In this document: piece after piece, positions 18,229 through 30,202 of the stretch | Layout: every line of letters begins with the position of its first letter | Position numbering within the stretch: the stretch's first letter is position 1 | Assembly (NCBI GenBank): GCA_964187785.1 | Contig: CAXLNC010000137.1 | Span: forward strand, 1-64,000 | Direction of reading: 5' to 3' | Length of the DNA stretch: 64,000 nt | Source: Amphiscolops sp. MND2022 | Lineage: Eukaryota | The notes under the pieces: model-generated | What the model saw: only the letters and a program-made list of their open reading frames with translations | Databases searched by the model: none | Told to the model about the DNA's origin: nothing | Translations under genes and position numbers: made by a program

Positions 18229-21200
18229 GTCGGGGATTTTTGTTGTATAGATTTTGGAGGATTTTGCCGGGGATTTTCCTGGAGGATTTTTCTGGGCACC
18301 TTTTCCCACAAAAATGAGGAGGAAAAATCCGGCGACAAAATCCGCGAAAAAATCCGGCGGCCCAAAAATAAAAATCCGCGAAAAATCCGTTCTGCCAGAA
18401 TCCGACCCTAATATATGCCCCATAGCGAAATTGCAATCGCAACGATTCAAAATCAAATGCTTGAAAATGTTTTAACCACGTCCATGTCCAAAAAGGGGAT
18501 TTACTAAATGTTCGGTGTTCTCGAAACGAGCGAGTTTACTAAACCCCCGGGTTCGTACGAAATTTGTGGCTTCTCCTTTAGAAAGAGCCAGAAAAGAGCC
18601 TCGAAGTTCGGTTCGATTTTGGGCCGCGAACGGCGTTTAGTAAACAACTGTTCGGCAGCATCCGGGAGGGCACCGAATTGGACTGGACGTACTTTAAACA
18701 ATTCCTAAAATCGCACGATTTGAAATTGCGAGGGCGCAACCAGAATAGCCTAGAGAAGGAATCGTAAGCAAAACTTGCAATGTTGCGTGACCCCCTTGGT
18801 GTGCAACCAACTTTCCCCTGCCACTAACCGGTCAAAAATCATCAAAGTAAATCCCAGTGAGTCTCAGCCAGGTAAGTTGTGGTCCTGGTCTGCCCAAGTG
18901 CTGGTATGTGAACGGCAATGAATTGCCGAACTGATTCGCTTGGAGTTCATCTCGGTAATTGCCCGGCACCCAATTGCAGGAGCTAATTCTCGGGAGTAAA
19001 CAAAAGCGCCCGGGAGCGAAGGGGCCGCCAGAATTTGTCCCAGAAAGTCCCCTCCAAAAAGGGGTCTTTGGGAGTCGTATTTTTTCCAAGGAATCAGAGG
19101 AAAAACGTACACTCAAAATCTGCGAATTTTGAGGGAAGACACTCTTTGGGCCACTTGCTCGGCCGGCCCCTTTTGTCTACTTCCGAAATTCGCTGAGAGC
19201 TTTTCAGGTCGGTAATGCTTTAATACGATTTTAAGGCAAAGCTCACCTAGGCCCTCTATTAAGTGCCGGTTTTAATCTTTGTGAATTCTTTCTGGTGGGT
19301 GCCTACCGTTTGTCCGAAATCATAGCAGAAATAATTCGAAAATAATATTTTTCTGTATCTGCATCTGCTACGAAATAAAAATTATGTCCAAAACAATTTT
19401 GATCTGCTGTGCCCCCCCCTCCAGGCTGCAAAGAGCAGCTGTCTCTGTATCTGCTACCAAAAATAGATTCCAAAACATTTTCGTCTGTATCTGTATCTGC
19501 TATGAAATGCAAAATTAATTCGAAAATAATTTTTCTCTGTCTGCAATGCCATTTGGACGAACGGTAACCCCCCCTTTGCTAACCCCAGGGTAGCTGAAAA
19601 GGCCCCTTGGCGGTCTCTGCAGAGTGGTGTGGCAGGGGTCTACAGCCGATTGGCAATCCCTACAGATTCCTATCATTTCCCCTCACGCTTGACACCCTCG
19701 TCGGACCCCAATAGTCACTTTGCACGGAAGGCTCTTTCAGCTACCCCAGGGTTAGCACCAGGGGGTTTAGGCACTCGCCAGTTTTTTCTTTTGTAAGTCT
19801 TGGGTGCTTAAGTGCCGGTTTTGGGGTCTTAAGCGCAGGTTTTGGGGTCTTAAGCGCCGGGTTTTCTCGAAAATGAAGAAGAAAAAAGAACAAAAGGATC
19901 AACATTTCTAGGAAAGGTCCTCCGAGCTGTGCCTTGAACAATACTAAGTAATGCTTGTGTTGACAATGGTAACCCCCTGTCTGGGACTTAGTGTCCCAGA
20001 TGAGATTGGACCCCCCATCGCGAGATAGGTGTGGCAATGCCCCTGCCGCACTATGTTTTTCAGGGTGTCGCAAAGTAGTGGGACACTAAGGTCTGGGAAT
20101 CTTGACACCCTGCTCCGCGAAGTGCAGCACTTCCCTCATCTTCCCTAGCAAGGCCCCCCATTTCTGCTGCTCTCGTCCCTCTGCTTCCTTCGAGTAGCCC
20201 CAGGTATGGGTCTGGCCCCCCAAGCGCCGCTGGAGGGCCTCCCCCTCCAACCCCCTTCGTAGGACACCTCGCCAACGCCAGCCCAGCCGCCCCCTCCCGG
20301 AGCATCGCAAAAAGAGCCAGGAAAGGCGGGAAGAAGGAGGGGTATAGTGGGGAGGGAAGGGCTGTGGCTTGAGGTCCTCCAATTCCAAGGGGGGGGGGGA
20401 GGGGTTGACCCTCCAAAGAGCACTTTGGGCCAGATCCACATCTGGGGGCTCTCAATTGGTTGAACCTCCAACGAGCACTTGGGGCCAGACCCACATGTGG
20501 GGGCCCTCGAGTCGTCTGCCTAGGACCTAGGTGCGTAACGAGGGCAAATCGTTGGACAGCTCAGAGAAAGAACCATGACAACATGTCAACAAATGTCCTA
20601 CAAATATCGGAGAATTTGTCCCAAATCGCCCGCAAACACAACTACTCATCTCATGTTTTTTGCTATACCACAAAACGGGCATAATGAAACGGAGCGCAAC
20701 GCACAAAGCAACAGAAGTCGTCAAAGGGCAACTTTCACCACAATTGCCGGTAGGTAGTTTCGCTTCTGAAGCCACAGGAAGATCAGCACTTGCAAATGCG
20801 TCGCTGAAGTCCATTTTGTTACACCTCAATTTGCGGCTTACCGAATCTCTCAGATTTTCCAATCTTCTTGGACATTTTCGGACATCTCTTGCTTAGTCGG
20901 TTGCTGCTTTTGTTTGTGGGGGTGCCCTACAGGAGCGGAGAAGGCGTCGTGCGGAGGAGCGGTTGTCCAAAACGCGAAAATGGACAGCACGATTTGCTCA
21001 GTTAATTCTGAGATTTTCAAGTGTTTTTTAGAGCAAACCTTCAAGGGGCAGAAGAAGAAAACGGACTCTCCAAAAACACCCTTCTGGACGACCGTTTCCC
21101 CTGCACGACGCCTTCTCCGCTCCTTCGGCGCGCTCTGAGTTTGGCAACTCTGTTAGGACGAAGAAAACTGTCCCTGTCCACAGGGTGTCCTTCTGGAGGG

Positions 21201-21811
21201 GGGTTCTAAGAGATTACCTTCTTAAAAGAAGCTGGATGCTTGAATTCCTAGGAAGTAAGAGGAAAAGGCAGCTTCTAAGAAGTCTCTTTTCAGACCCCCT
21301 TCCAGAAGGACACCCTGTGGACAGGGACAGTTTTTTTCTGTCTTCTGTCCAGTGTTGGGGAAATCCAAACGGGGGCTTAGCAAACGGGGGGGGGGCTTAG
21401 CCCAAAAGGCGCCAATTGGGCCCAAAAAGGCCCTTTCGGGGGAATTTCTGCTGCCTCCCCGCGGCTGTGAGGTGCGGAGGAATCGGTCCCAATCAGCCCC
21501 GAAAAGGCCCCGATAGGCCCAGGCCTGACAAGGCCCGATTTTCCCGGAAGGATTTTTCAACGTGCCGCAAAAGGGGGTACGCAAAAGGGGGTAGGTCACT
21601 TTTTTCTGTTTCGGTCACCTTTTGGTAACCATTTTGTCACTTTTTTTGACGCTTTTGGTCACTTTTTTGCCTATCCCCTTTTGCCTCCCCCCTTTTGCGG
21701 CAGGGTGAATTTTTGCCCGATTTTCTCTGAAAATTCGGGGCTTAAGCCCCCGTTTGTGAGCCCCCCTTTGGATTTCCCAAACAGTGCACGCCCGTTAGAA
21801 GACGGCCGGAC

Positions 21812-21925
21812 CTCCGGAAGCTTCTTGAAGATGGAACCAAAGTTCTCAACGATGTCTTGCTGCTGCTGCTGCTGCTCCTCGGCGCCCTTCTCATCTCCCT
21901 CTGCGGCCTCCTCTTCGGCCTTCTC
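21812..21925 (-). CDS. Probable internal exon of an unidentified host gene (EKAEEEAAEGDEKGAEEQQQQQQDIVENFGSIFKKLPE)
   Basis: CAG|G acceptor, GAG|GT donor, 38 codons in phase 0, strongly coding-like composition. Confidence 0.55.
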
Positions 21926-23811
21926 CTGCTCTCTGCACACAGTTCTAAGGAGGGGCATGGGACGAGACGCAAGAGTTGCGCAATAGTTTGGAGACAGAAA
22001 AGGTACCACAAAGAAACCGTGTGACACAAAGAGTTTGCCGAATGCTCGGGTGAACTTTCTGGTGCAATTTGCGTCAGAGCCCTTGTTTTGCTGGGTAATG
22101 ACCGCGGTAACCCCCTCGAATTGTTGAGAAGATTCTTTGGTGATGTTCGTGCGATTTTTGGGCTTTGTGGGTCCTTTTAGGCTCCTGAATAGTTGCACAA
22201 GAGTTGAAAGGCATACATGCGCGCCAAGCTCTGGGCTTTTTTTAGCCACTGACCTTGCGATTCGCGTCTGTTTAGCTTCGGTTTAGCGTCAGCTTAGCGT
22301 CAGCTCGGCGTCGTTCAGCGTCCATTTAGCGTCGTTTTACCGGCCGTTTAACGTCAATTTAGCCTTGGTGGGGAGGTTGAGACACATCAATGTGTTTGGT
22401 CTTTCTCGGCCGAGCATTTGGCAAAAAGATGCCCGGGGGTTGGCGCACCAAAAGGCCATTGAAGAGTACCTAACTAAAACGTTTTTTTTGAGCATGCTTT
22501 CGGGCCCCTTTCCTCACGCCCTTTTTCCCTCATTCTTCGGCCCCCTCTTTCCCCTTCAGGCCCTGTTCCCTCTTTTACCTCTTTTCCCATCTTCACCTCC
22601 CCCTTTATCCCCCTTTTCTGACTCCTGGAAAAACTCTGATTTAGGAACCCCTATGATTTGGGTACTCTTTAGTGTCCTGCTGAAATAGTTCAGTTATGTT
22701 CGACTATTGCGCAATAGTTGCGCCTCGAAACCCTGAAAAAACAAGAGGAAGTACCTGGCAACCAGCTCTTTTGTGGGAACAATTGCGTTATCTTTTTGTG
22801 AAACTATAGCATCTCTTCCCGCGACCACTTTACTCCGACCCCAATACCACTCCTATACAAACATACACACACCGACACTGGCCTGATATACTGGACAAAC
22901 GCACGAAACACAGGAGACCTGAGAAGTTCCAAAACGCACCTGCCCAAAGGGCGCCCTCGAATTTTACTAGCATTTCACTTGATTTTCTGACTTTCACTGA
23001 TCAAATGTCACTAGAATTCTTCTAGACTTTTACTGAATGCTTACTTGTCTACCGGTGCCCTTTGGAATGGTGCCCATTGGGTGCGCTCTCAAATACAAAA
23101 ACACCTCGTAATCGGACTGCGTTACCATTGTGGAAGATAGCATTACGTAAGTAATTCTCGTAAGATTTAGGTCAGGTAATTTGGGTTAGGTCATTCAATA
23201 TAGCTTCCCCCCTCTGTAAACATAGAACATAGAACAGAAGCAATTACCGAAAATGATTCGTCTGGAGTAAAAGCGAGGTAGATAATCTAATGAAGATCGG
23301 CAAACACCCCCTCTAAGTGATTCACACTCGGCATGTGTGGTACCGCAATTCGCTGTCGGTGCACTTGGCGTGTGTGGTGATTGTTCATAAAGTTCGAATG
23401 TCCTTTGTATTCTCGAGTAGCACACGGCCATGTTGACTTCTGTCTTCTGATTTTTCTGTGCACGCTCCAATACGTCCGCTCAATCAGGTTCTAGAGAAGC
23501 TGACCCGGTCAAGCTTAAAGGTGCGCGAAGCTGGGCCAGGGCCTTTGTGCTTGCATAAAGAGGGCGTTTAGCCAGCAATTTCCCTATCGGGCAAAAGGAC
23601 TTCTGAAAAACAAAGAATACGGCAAAAAAAGGCAAAATTGTCCTTTCAATGTCCTCTTCCGAAAATCCTGTTAAGCTGAGAAAAAATCTTGCACAAGAAG
23701 GCACCCTTATCGTTTCAAACCCTTGCCAAAAAATCCATTTGAACGGATGCGTCTTGTTTACTTACAGTTGAGGTCTTTTCACTTACGGTTCGTCTTTTTT
23801 ATTTACGGCGA

Positions 23812-24037
23812 GGGAACCGTAAGCAAAAAAGACCAAACCCAACTTCCGGACGGGGAGAACCGTAAGCAAAAAAGACCAAACCTAATTTCCGGACAGGGGG
23901 GAACCGTAAGTAAAAAGGACCAAACCGATTTTTCCACCGTGAGCAAAAAAGACCAAACCGAACTTCAACCGTAAGTAAAGAAGACCAAGCCAATTGACCG
24001 TAAGCAACAAAGACCAGCCGTAAGTAAAAAAGACTTA
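23812..24037. repeat. Degenerate tandem array of ACCGTAAGCAAAAAAGACCAAACC units
   Basis: About 6-7 units with short, related linkers; inverted copies just upstream; runs into the gap. Confidence 0.75.
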
Positions 24038-24237
24038 NNNNNNNNNNNNNNNNNNNNNNNNNNNNNNNNNNNNNNNNNNNNNNNNNNNNNNNNNNNNNNN
24101 NNNNNNNNNNNNNNNNNNNNNNNNNNNNNNNNNNNNNNNNNNNNNNNNNNNNNNNNNNNNNNNNNNNNNNNNNNNNNNNNNNNNNNNNNNNNNNNNNNNN
24201 NNNNNNNNNNNNNNNNNNNNNNNNNNNNNNNNNNNNN
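24038..24237. other. Assembly gap (N run)
   Basis: Run of N. Confidence 1.
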
Positions 24238-24559
24238 CTGGTCATGCTATGCCATAGGTGCACCATTTGGTGTAGGACCTACACCCAATGAAGGGGGTTA
24301 CACCACTACGGCGGGATTTCAAACGGGGGGTTTTCCTGATCTGGACTTTTTTTGTCCTTTTTTGTCCAATCCCAATGTTTCTGGGATTTTCCCGATTTGT
24401 CCGGGGATTGTCCGGGGATTTTCCTGATTGGTCCTTTTCCTCTTTCTCGGCCTATGCACAGCACCTATGAGGAACAGTCCCGACAAAGTCCGGTAAACCT
24501 TCTCTCAACAAATGGTCCAGGCATAATTTTATGGGGACTTCTTTGGTCCCCCGGCTTAG

Positions 24560-24830
24560 TGGCCCCATATCGCGCGATATTGCGATACTATCGCTGCGAT
24601 ACCCCATATCGCGCGATACTTTTTTCAGGGAAGTTGACACTACCCCAAAATGGTGCGATATCCCCCCTTGGTACTTAGTTCCACACAGGCACATCTGTGC
24701 GATATCCCACCTGCAACATATCGCGGGATAATTGCGCGATACCCCACAAAAACAAGCACGAAAGAGTTTTGCGATATTATCGCTGCAAGTATCGCGCGAT
24801 ATGAAAAGTATCGCTACTGGGCCTCTAAGT
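24560..24830. repeat. GCGATA/TATCGC-rich palindromic interspersed repeat (related copy about 38640-38880)
   Basis: Clustered ATATCGCGCGATA motifs in both orientations. Confidence 0.65.
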
Positions 24831-25726
24831 CCCCCGGAACAAGTGATTTTTGTCGTGCGATGTGAAATCATCTCCGCGTTGCGATACACTTTCATTGCGA
24901 TTTGGGCTGCTGCTGCGGACATCCACTGCGATGCAGGCCACAATGCAAGCATCTCTGCGAGTGCGATGCCGGGAGGTGGTGGACTTAGTGAGGTGCCAGG
25001 GGCACCGGAGCTCGTTCCTTGTAATAATCGCTTGAGCTTTGGACAGTGCTGCCGCAACACAGCAACTCAACCCAACTCACCAACACAGGAACCACCCCCA
25101 TCACCATTTTGGCAGTTAACTCGGACCATGGTCTGAGTTTCGCTGGAGAGGAAACTCGGACCATGGTCTGAGTTTCCTTTTCTCTACATATTTACAGTAC
25201 TCTTGAATTCTGGCGGTTCGAATTCTCCGTGGTCTGAGTTTTGGTCTGAGTTTCCTCATTTTATGGGGATGGGGGTGGTTCCCGCACCGTCAACCAACAG
25301 AGAGAAATTGTCAAGGAAACGTTGGACAGACCTTCATATCGAATGGCCCAATTTAGGCGACAAAATCCAGGACCCTTCTTGGGGACAACAACAAGAGAGA
25401 CGAAAACCCCTTTTGTGGCACCTTCTGGACCAACATTTTGAGGCCGACCCACGGTGGCTTAAAGTGGCCTAAAACTGGCTTAAAGTGGCTTAAGGTGGCT
25501 AGTGCAATGGGCTGGATTGCGTCCAACCGAGGAAACGTCTCTAACAATGCAGGGGTTCACATCGCCACCTTGCATTCAGTTGTCCCATTGCTGTGGTTGC
25601 ACTCCGCCTGGAAGAGCTGCGCAAACACCCAACGGTTGGGGGTAGCCGAAAAAATGGGACTGCCAGTGCGAGATTTTTTTGCGAGAAAAAATTGCGAGAA
25701 AACACGCCTTCCGTTCAGGGGTTTCC

Positions 25727-25953
25727 AAAGGGTGGTTTTTGTGAGGGGGGGGGGGAAATCTCAATGATTGGGGTGGTGCGCGCACCGGTTGCAATAACTA
25801 ATTTTGCGTCAAATCCCTGTAAAAATCTCCAAGTTTCTATAGGATTCAATAAGGAGGCCCCGCAGAAAAAAACGCAAAATTAATTATTGCAACCGGTGTG
25901 CGCACGACCCCAATTATTGAGATTTACCCCCCTCACAAAAACCCCCCTTTGGA
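25727..25953. repeat. Palindromic interspersed repeat (GTGCGCGCACCGGTTGCAA family; related copy about 44735-44960)
   Basis: Inverted arms and a second similar copy in the window; ends approximate. Confidence 0.6.
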
Positions 25954-26010
25954 AACCCCCAATCCTTTCCGCGGAAGTATGGGTTTGAAAGTGCGAGAAA
26001 AATCTGAGAC

Positions 26011-26095
26011 TGCTAAGATGACTCTGACCATGGCTTGGGCTTTGGCTCAAGCTTCTGAGCTTGGTACAAAAGGGGAAGCTTGCCAGAGCTTAGCA
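26011..26095 (+). repeat. E2 5' LTR (85 bp)
   Basis: Identical to 33372-33456; TGCTAAG...CTTAGCA. Confidence 0.95.
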
Positions 26096-26107
26096 TGGTA
26101 GCAGAGC
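26096..26107 (+). promoter_or_regulatory. E2 primer-binding site TGGTAGCAGAGC (tRNA-iMet type)
   Basis: Directly after the 5' LTR; identical to the E1 PBS. Confidence 0.85.
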
Positions 26108-26137
26108 TTTGGTTTTTGCTCCTTCTGTGTCCTTTCT

Positions 26138-26945
26138 TTGCTTAGCATGCATAGCAAGCATCTTAAGACCAGAAGCGACAGGCTAGGCGTAAGACTTAGG
26201 GAAACTTCCCCGATGCCACTTTGGAGGCCCCCACCTTGCCGACAACCTTACCCGGCAAAGGTGAAGCCTCTCCAAAGTGAGCATCAACCACGGACCACTT
26301 GGGAGAGAAGCTTGTACAGGGCAAGCTTCCTCAGGCAGGCTCAGGAGCAAGCTGAGAGGTTGCCTCTTCATAGGCTTCCTCCAGCTTCAACCCAGGAAGA
26401 CAGCTTCACCGAGCAAACTCCTCTTGGCCACTTTGGCCTTGAGGAGCAAACCGGGAAGCTTCAGAACAATGCCCCCCCCCCCAACCCAGCTTGAACTTGA
26501 TAAGCTTGAGCTTGAGAATGACAGCTGCAACCAAAGAGTTCAGCTTAGAGAAGCCCTAGAGGCAATGCAGCAAGCAGTGCACAGCTTAGCTGCAAAGCTT
26601 GCAAAAGCAAAAGCTAGCAAGCAAGACGACAACAACAACAACAATGCCGAGACACCAACCAACAACACCAACAACAACCAGCACAACAACCATACCAACA
26701 AAGATAACAACAACAACGACAACAACAACAAGAGCAGTCGAGAGTCGGGCTTGCAAAGCTTCGACCTTGACAAACCCAATCCAGAGTCAAAACCAGACCT
26801 GGATGGAGAGAGCTTAGGCAGCTTCACCCAAATGATGGGAGATGAGTCTAGCCCAACAGGCTTAGACCATCAAGAAGCAAGCTTGAGCTCCAACAACTTA
26901 GGCCACAACAAAACAATGACAATTGGACTGAGCTTAGGTAGTTAG
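26138..26945 (+). pseudogene. E2 5' ORF segment in the gag position, frameshifted
   Basis: ORFs 26138-26494 and 26277-26945 together match the E1 5' ORF; frame change at the C-run near 26472-26481. Confidence 0.6.
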
Positions 26946-26985
26946 GCCACAACAAAACAATGACAATTGGACTGAGCTTAGGTAG
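26898..26985 (+). repeat. Perfect 44-bp tandem duplication inside E2
   Basis: TTAGGCCACAACAAAACAATGACAATTGGACTGAGCTTAGGTAG twice; single copy in E1. Confidence 0.9.
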
Positions 26986-27196
26986 CTTCAGCCAAAACCA
27001 AGATGGCCAAAAGGGGCACAAAGTGAGCTCAGCATACAGCTTTGACTCACAGAGGGCAAAGCTTGGCCAACAGAAGCCAGGCAAAAGAGTGACCTTTGGG
27101 ACGGTCACCTTGAAAGCTTACAACCCAGTGTGAGAGCTTCAAAACGAAAATAACAAAAGAACAACTTGCTGGGATAGCTTCCAGCAAGAGAATGCA

Positions 27197-30100
27197 ATGC
27201 AGCAACAGACTGCAACAGCTTCCGGGAAGGAGCTTCAGAAGGCATGCCAGCAACAACAACAACAAAACAACAGCTTAGGTAGAGAAGAGCAAACCCTAGG
27301 GAACATACAGCAAGCTTGCAGATGCCCAAGCGACATGAACAACAGCAACTTAGGAACAACAACTAAGAACACAGCAGCTTGGGGCATCTTAGTTGACACA
27401 GGTGCAGCCATCAGCTTGGCACCTCTGACCTTTGCTCCAGAAAGTGAGCTTAGGCCAGTCGAAGGCACCTTACAACTTAGGAGTGCAAACGGCAGCTTGA
27501 TAGAAACTTATGGCAGAAGAAGTGTGCAGCTTGTAGGTTCAGAGCTTGGATTGCATGTGAGCTTTGTGATTGCCAATGTGAGTCAAGCTTTGCTGGGGAT
27601 GGACATCTTACTAGCAAACCAGCTTAGCTTGATTCGAACTAGCTTAGGAGAATACTACCTTGTCAACAACTTAGGGGCGAAAACCAAGCTTCAACCAAGA
27701 GGCCTTCAGCTTTACATGCCAGCTTGGCCTTTAGAACTTGGTTTGAGCACCTTAAGGGGGAGTAGCTTTCAGGATCATAGTGAGAGCTTACTCGATGACA
27801 AGGTCAGAACTCAAGATAGAGCTTTGGCAACTTCAGGGGGAGCTTGCTATGATAGCTTGCCTCTGGAAAACCTTAGGGAACAACAAGCTAAGAACACAGC
27901 AACCTTAGGAACAACAACAGCTTGCCAAGAAGAAGGTGCCAAAAGAAAAAGGAAGAAGAAGAAGAAGAAGAAACCTTCTGCCAAGATAGCTTCTCAAGAT
28001 CTAAGCGATCAGAGGAGCTTTGAGCAGAAAGGTCAGCAACCTGCAGCAAGTTCACTTAGGAATTCGCAAAAGCTTAGGATCATGAAGGAGATTGAGCTTG
28101 CTGCAGAAAACCCAAACAGCTTAAGCAACAAAGAGCTGCAAGAAATTAGCTTGAGGATCCTTCTGTCCTTAAGCTTGAGACAAGGATGGCAGCTTACAAT
28201 GACAAGAGCAACGACAGCTTGCTCAGAGGATGCTTTGCAAAACCACCTTAGGAGCTTAGGGTTAGGTCAAAACAAGATGGATCAGAATCTGTTCTCTGGA
28301 GATGAGCTTGTCATCTTGCAGCATAAGAGAGACATCTTGATTGCAGGGAGCGAACTTCAGCAGGAAGATCTCTTTTGTGAGCTTTCTGCTTTAGTCTCCC
28401 TAGAACATACCCAAAAGCTTGGTGAAGATGCTCAGGTCAGCTTTTGCAACAGGACCTTAGAGCACAAAGCATCAAGCAACACTATCATCATAGCTTTGGA
28501 ACCTTGCTTTGTTCATGATCTCTTGTGCCGGCATGAGCTTGAACATCAGGAACCCTTAGGAAGCTTAGATGAAGAAGAGCCCTGCAAAGATGCATCAGAG
28601 CAAACCTTTGCTTTGGATGCTTGTAGGCAGGAGCTTTACAAACACAGTGTTGGAGAATTGGCTTGGGCAACAACAACTTGTCGCCCAGACCTTTGCTTTG
28701 AGGTGATGCAGCTTACCCAAAGCATAGCCAATCCAACAACAAAAGATGAAGAGCAGCTTCTGAGAGTGCTTCGTTATCTTGCTGGAACGTTGCACTACAA
28801 CCTAAGCTTGCACACAAAAATCCAGATAGCAAAGAAGGAAGCTGAGAACCTTGAGCTTCTAGCTTTCTCAGCCACATCTGGTACAAGAGCTTGTCACAGC
28901 ACAGCTTTGTTCTTGTGGGATGTTCCTTTGATAACTTCCTGCAAAGAAGCTTGTGCACAAAATCAAGATGAAGCAGAGCTTCAGGCAGTGAACTTGTCTC
29001 TTGCAATGGCAGTTCACTCAAGAAAGCTTCTGCAACAACTTGACATGGATCAGCTTGGCCAAGATGTGAAGATAGGACTCAAAACCAGTAGCTTTCAGGA
29101 GGAGCTTGTAGATAGGAAACCCATAGCCATGCAGCTTGGGCTTTCCAGAAGAAACAAGCACCAACAACTTAGAGATCAGCTTCAGATAAGCAGGGTTCAT
29201 CCATACAAGAATCTTGCTGAGAGCTTGATCTACAATGCTTCTGGAGAAGAGGTGCTTGCTAAGCTTAGGATTGACACAGGAGCTGCAGAAACCTTAGCTT
29301 TGCCTACTGAGCTTTGCTTTGTTTCCCTTTTTTCTAGCTCTAGCTTGGTTGGGATGGTTTCCTTAGAGCCTCCCATGGAAAAGCCTCAGCTTCGCCAGCT
29401 TGCCTTGTCTGAATCTTGCTTCGAGAGCTTGTCAAAGAACTTGGCAGAGAGAAGCTTAACCAGCTTGACTGTACCGAGCTTGAGCTTAGAGGAGATAGAC
29501 TCAGAGAGCTTGACCTTATGCAGCTTGAGCTTGCCACTGAGCAAAGGGAATCGTTTTAGCAGCTTGACAGAGAAGAGCTTGAGCTTGCCAGAGGCCAACT
29601 TAGCTAGCTTGATCTTCTCCAATTGGAGCTTTCCAACTGGCAGCTTGACCTTGGATAACTTGAGTCGCAAAGAGGATCGCTTACAGAGCTTGACCTTGCA
29701 GAGCTTGAGCTTGAATCATAAAAAGGGCTTACCCAGAATGAGCTTCGAACAAGTGAGCTTACAAGATGGGAGCTTGAAAGAGCTTGAAGAGCACTTAGCC
29801 GACCAAAATGCCAACAAGAGAGCTGAGACGAACAGCTTCTCTGAAGAAAGCTTTCGAAAGGATCAGCTTGAGCAAAAGAGAGCCAAGACGAATGGCTTCT
29901 CTAAGCAGAGCCTTTCACAGAGGATCTCGAGCTTGAAGATGTGCTTGTTGATCTTTCTACTTTGGAGCTTTTATATGGCAGGTTCAGCTTTGTATCTTAC
30001 AACTTGCTCTTTCAAAATCAGCTTCCAGAAAGAGAGCTTACAGTCAGAACAGCTTGTGGCAGCTTACAGAAGCATCAGAAGCACAAGTAGCTTACAGCAA

Positions 30101-30202
30101 GAAGAGCTTGCAGCAGCTTACTGCAAGAAGAGCTTTGCACAGCAAAGCCACCAAAAGGAAGAGCTTTGGAAAGCTTCTTCCAGAGAGCCAGAAGCAAGAT
30201 GA
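27197..30202 (+). CDS. E2 ORF (1001 aa): aspartic protease, pseudo-RT, pseudo-RNase H, LxSLTL repeats and hydrophobic helix
   Basis: LVDTGA (DTG at 27395-27403), LLGMDIL, LQHKRDILIAG (HKRD at 28322-28333), RPDLCFEV, LRVLRYLAGT, EAELQA, NLAESL. Confidence 0.8.
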   Translation: MQQQTATASGKELQKACQQQQQQNNSLGREEQTLGNIQQACRCPSDMNNSNLGTTTKNTAAWGILVDTGAAISLAPLTFAPESELRPVEGTLQLRSANGSLIETYGRRSVQLVGSELGLHVSFVIANVSQALLGMDILLANQLSLIRTSLGEYYLVNNLGAKTKLQPRGLQLYMPAWPLELGLSTLRGSSFQDHSESLLDDKVRTQDRALATSGGACYDSLPLENLREQQAKNTATLGTTTACQEEGAKRKRKKKKKKKPSAKIASQDLSDQRSFEQKGQQPAASSLRNSQKLRIMKEIELAAENPNSLSNKELQEISLRILLSLSLRQGWQLTMTRATTACSEDALQNHLRSLGLGQNKMDQNLFSGDELVILQHKRDILIAGSELQQEDLFCELSALVSLEHTQKLGEDAQVSFCNRTLEHKASSNTIIIALEPCFVHDLLCRHELEHQEPLGSLDEEEPCKDASEQTFALDACRQELYKHSVGELAWATTTCRPDLCFEVMQLTQSIANPTTKDEEQLLRVLRYLAGTLHYNLSLHTKIQIAKKEAENLELLAFSATSGTRACHSTALFLWDVPLITSCKEACAQNQDEAELQAVNLSLAMAVHSRKLLQQLDMDQLGQDVKIGLKTSSFQEELVDRKPIAMQLGLSRRNKHQQLRDQLQISRVHPYKNLAESLIYNASGEEVLAKLRIDTGAAETLALPTELCFVSLFSSSSLVGMVSLEPPMEKPQLRQLALSESCFESLSKNLAERSLTSLTVPSLSLEEIDSESLTLCSLSLPLSKGNRFSSLTEKSLSLPEANLASLIFSNWSFPTGSLTLDNLSRKEDRLQSLTLQSLSLNHKKGLPRMSFEQVSLQDGSLKELEEHLADQNANKRAETNSFSEESFRKDQLEQKRAKTNGFSKQSLSQRISSLKMCLLIFLLWSFYMAGSALYLTTCSFKISFQKESLQSEQLVAAYRSIRSTSSLQQEELAAAYCKKSFAQQSHQKEELWKASSREPEAR

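Noticed and set aside
23812-24037. CRISPR-like array of 24-bp repeats with spacers (also 62931-63050)
   Set aside because: Linkers are short, of unequal length and related to each other; repeats degenerate; no cas genes; eukaryotic context.
24452-25136. ORFs of 100-230 aa in repeat blocks (also 21671-22249 overall, 44422-45057, 52995-53651, 62581-63175)
   Set aside because: Mostly translations of MITE-like repeats; only the 21812-21925 exon-like segment was retained.
29265-29290. Second DTGA motif (LRIDTGAAE) in E2
   Set aside because: Not conserved in E1 (LRINMGAAE) and no protease context.
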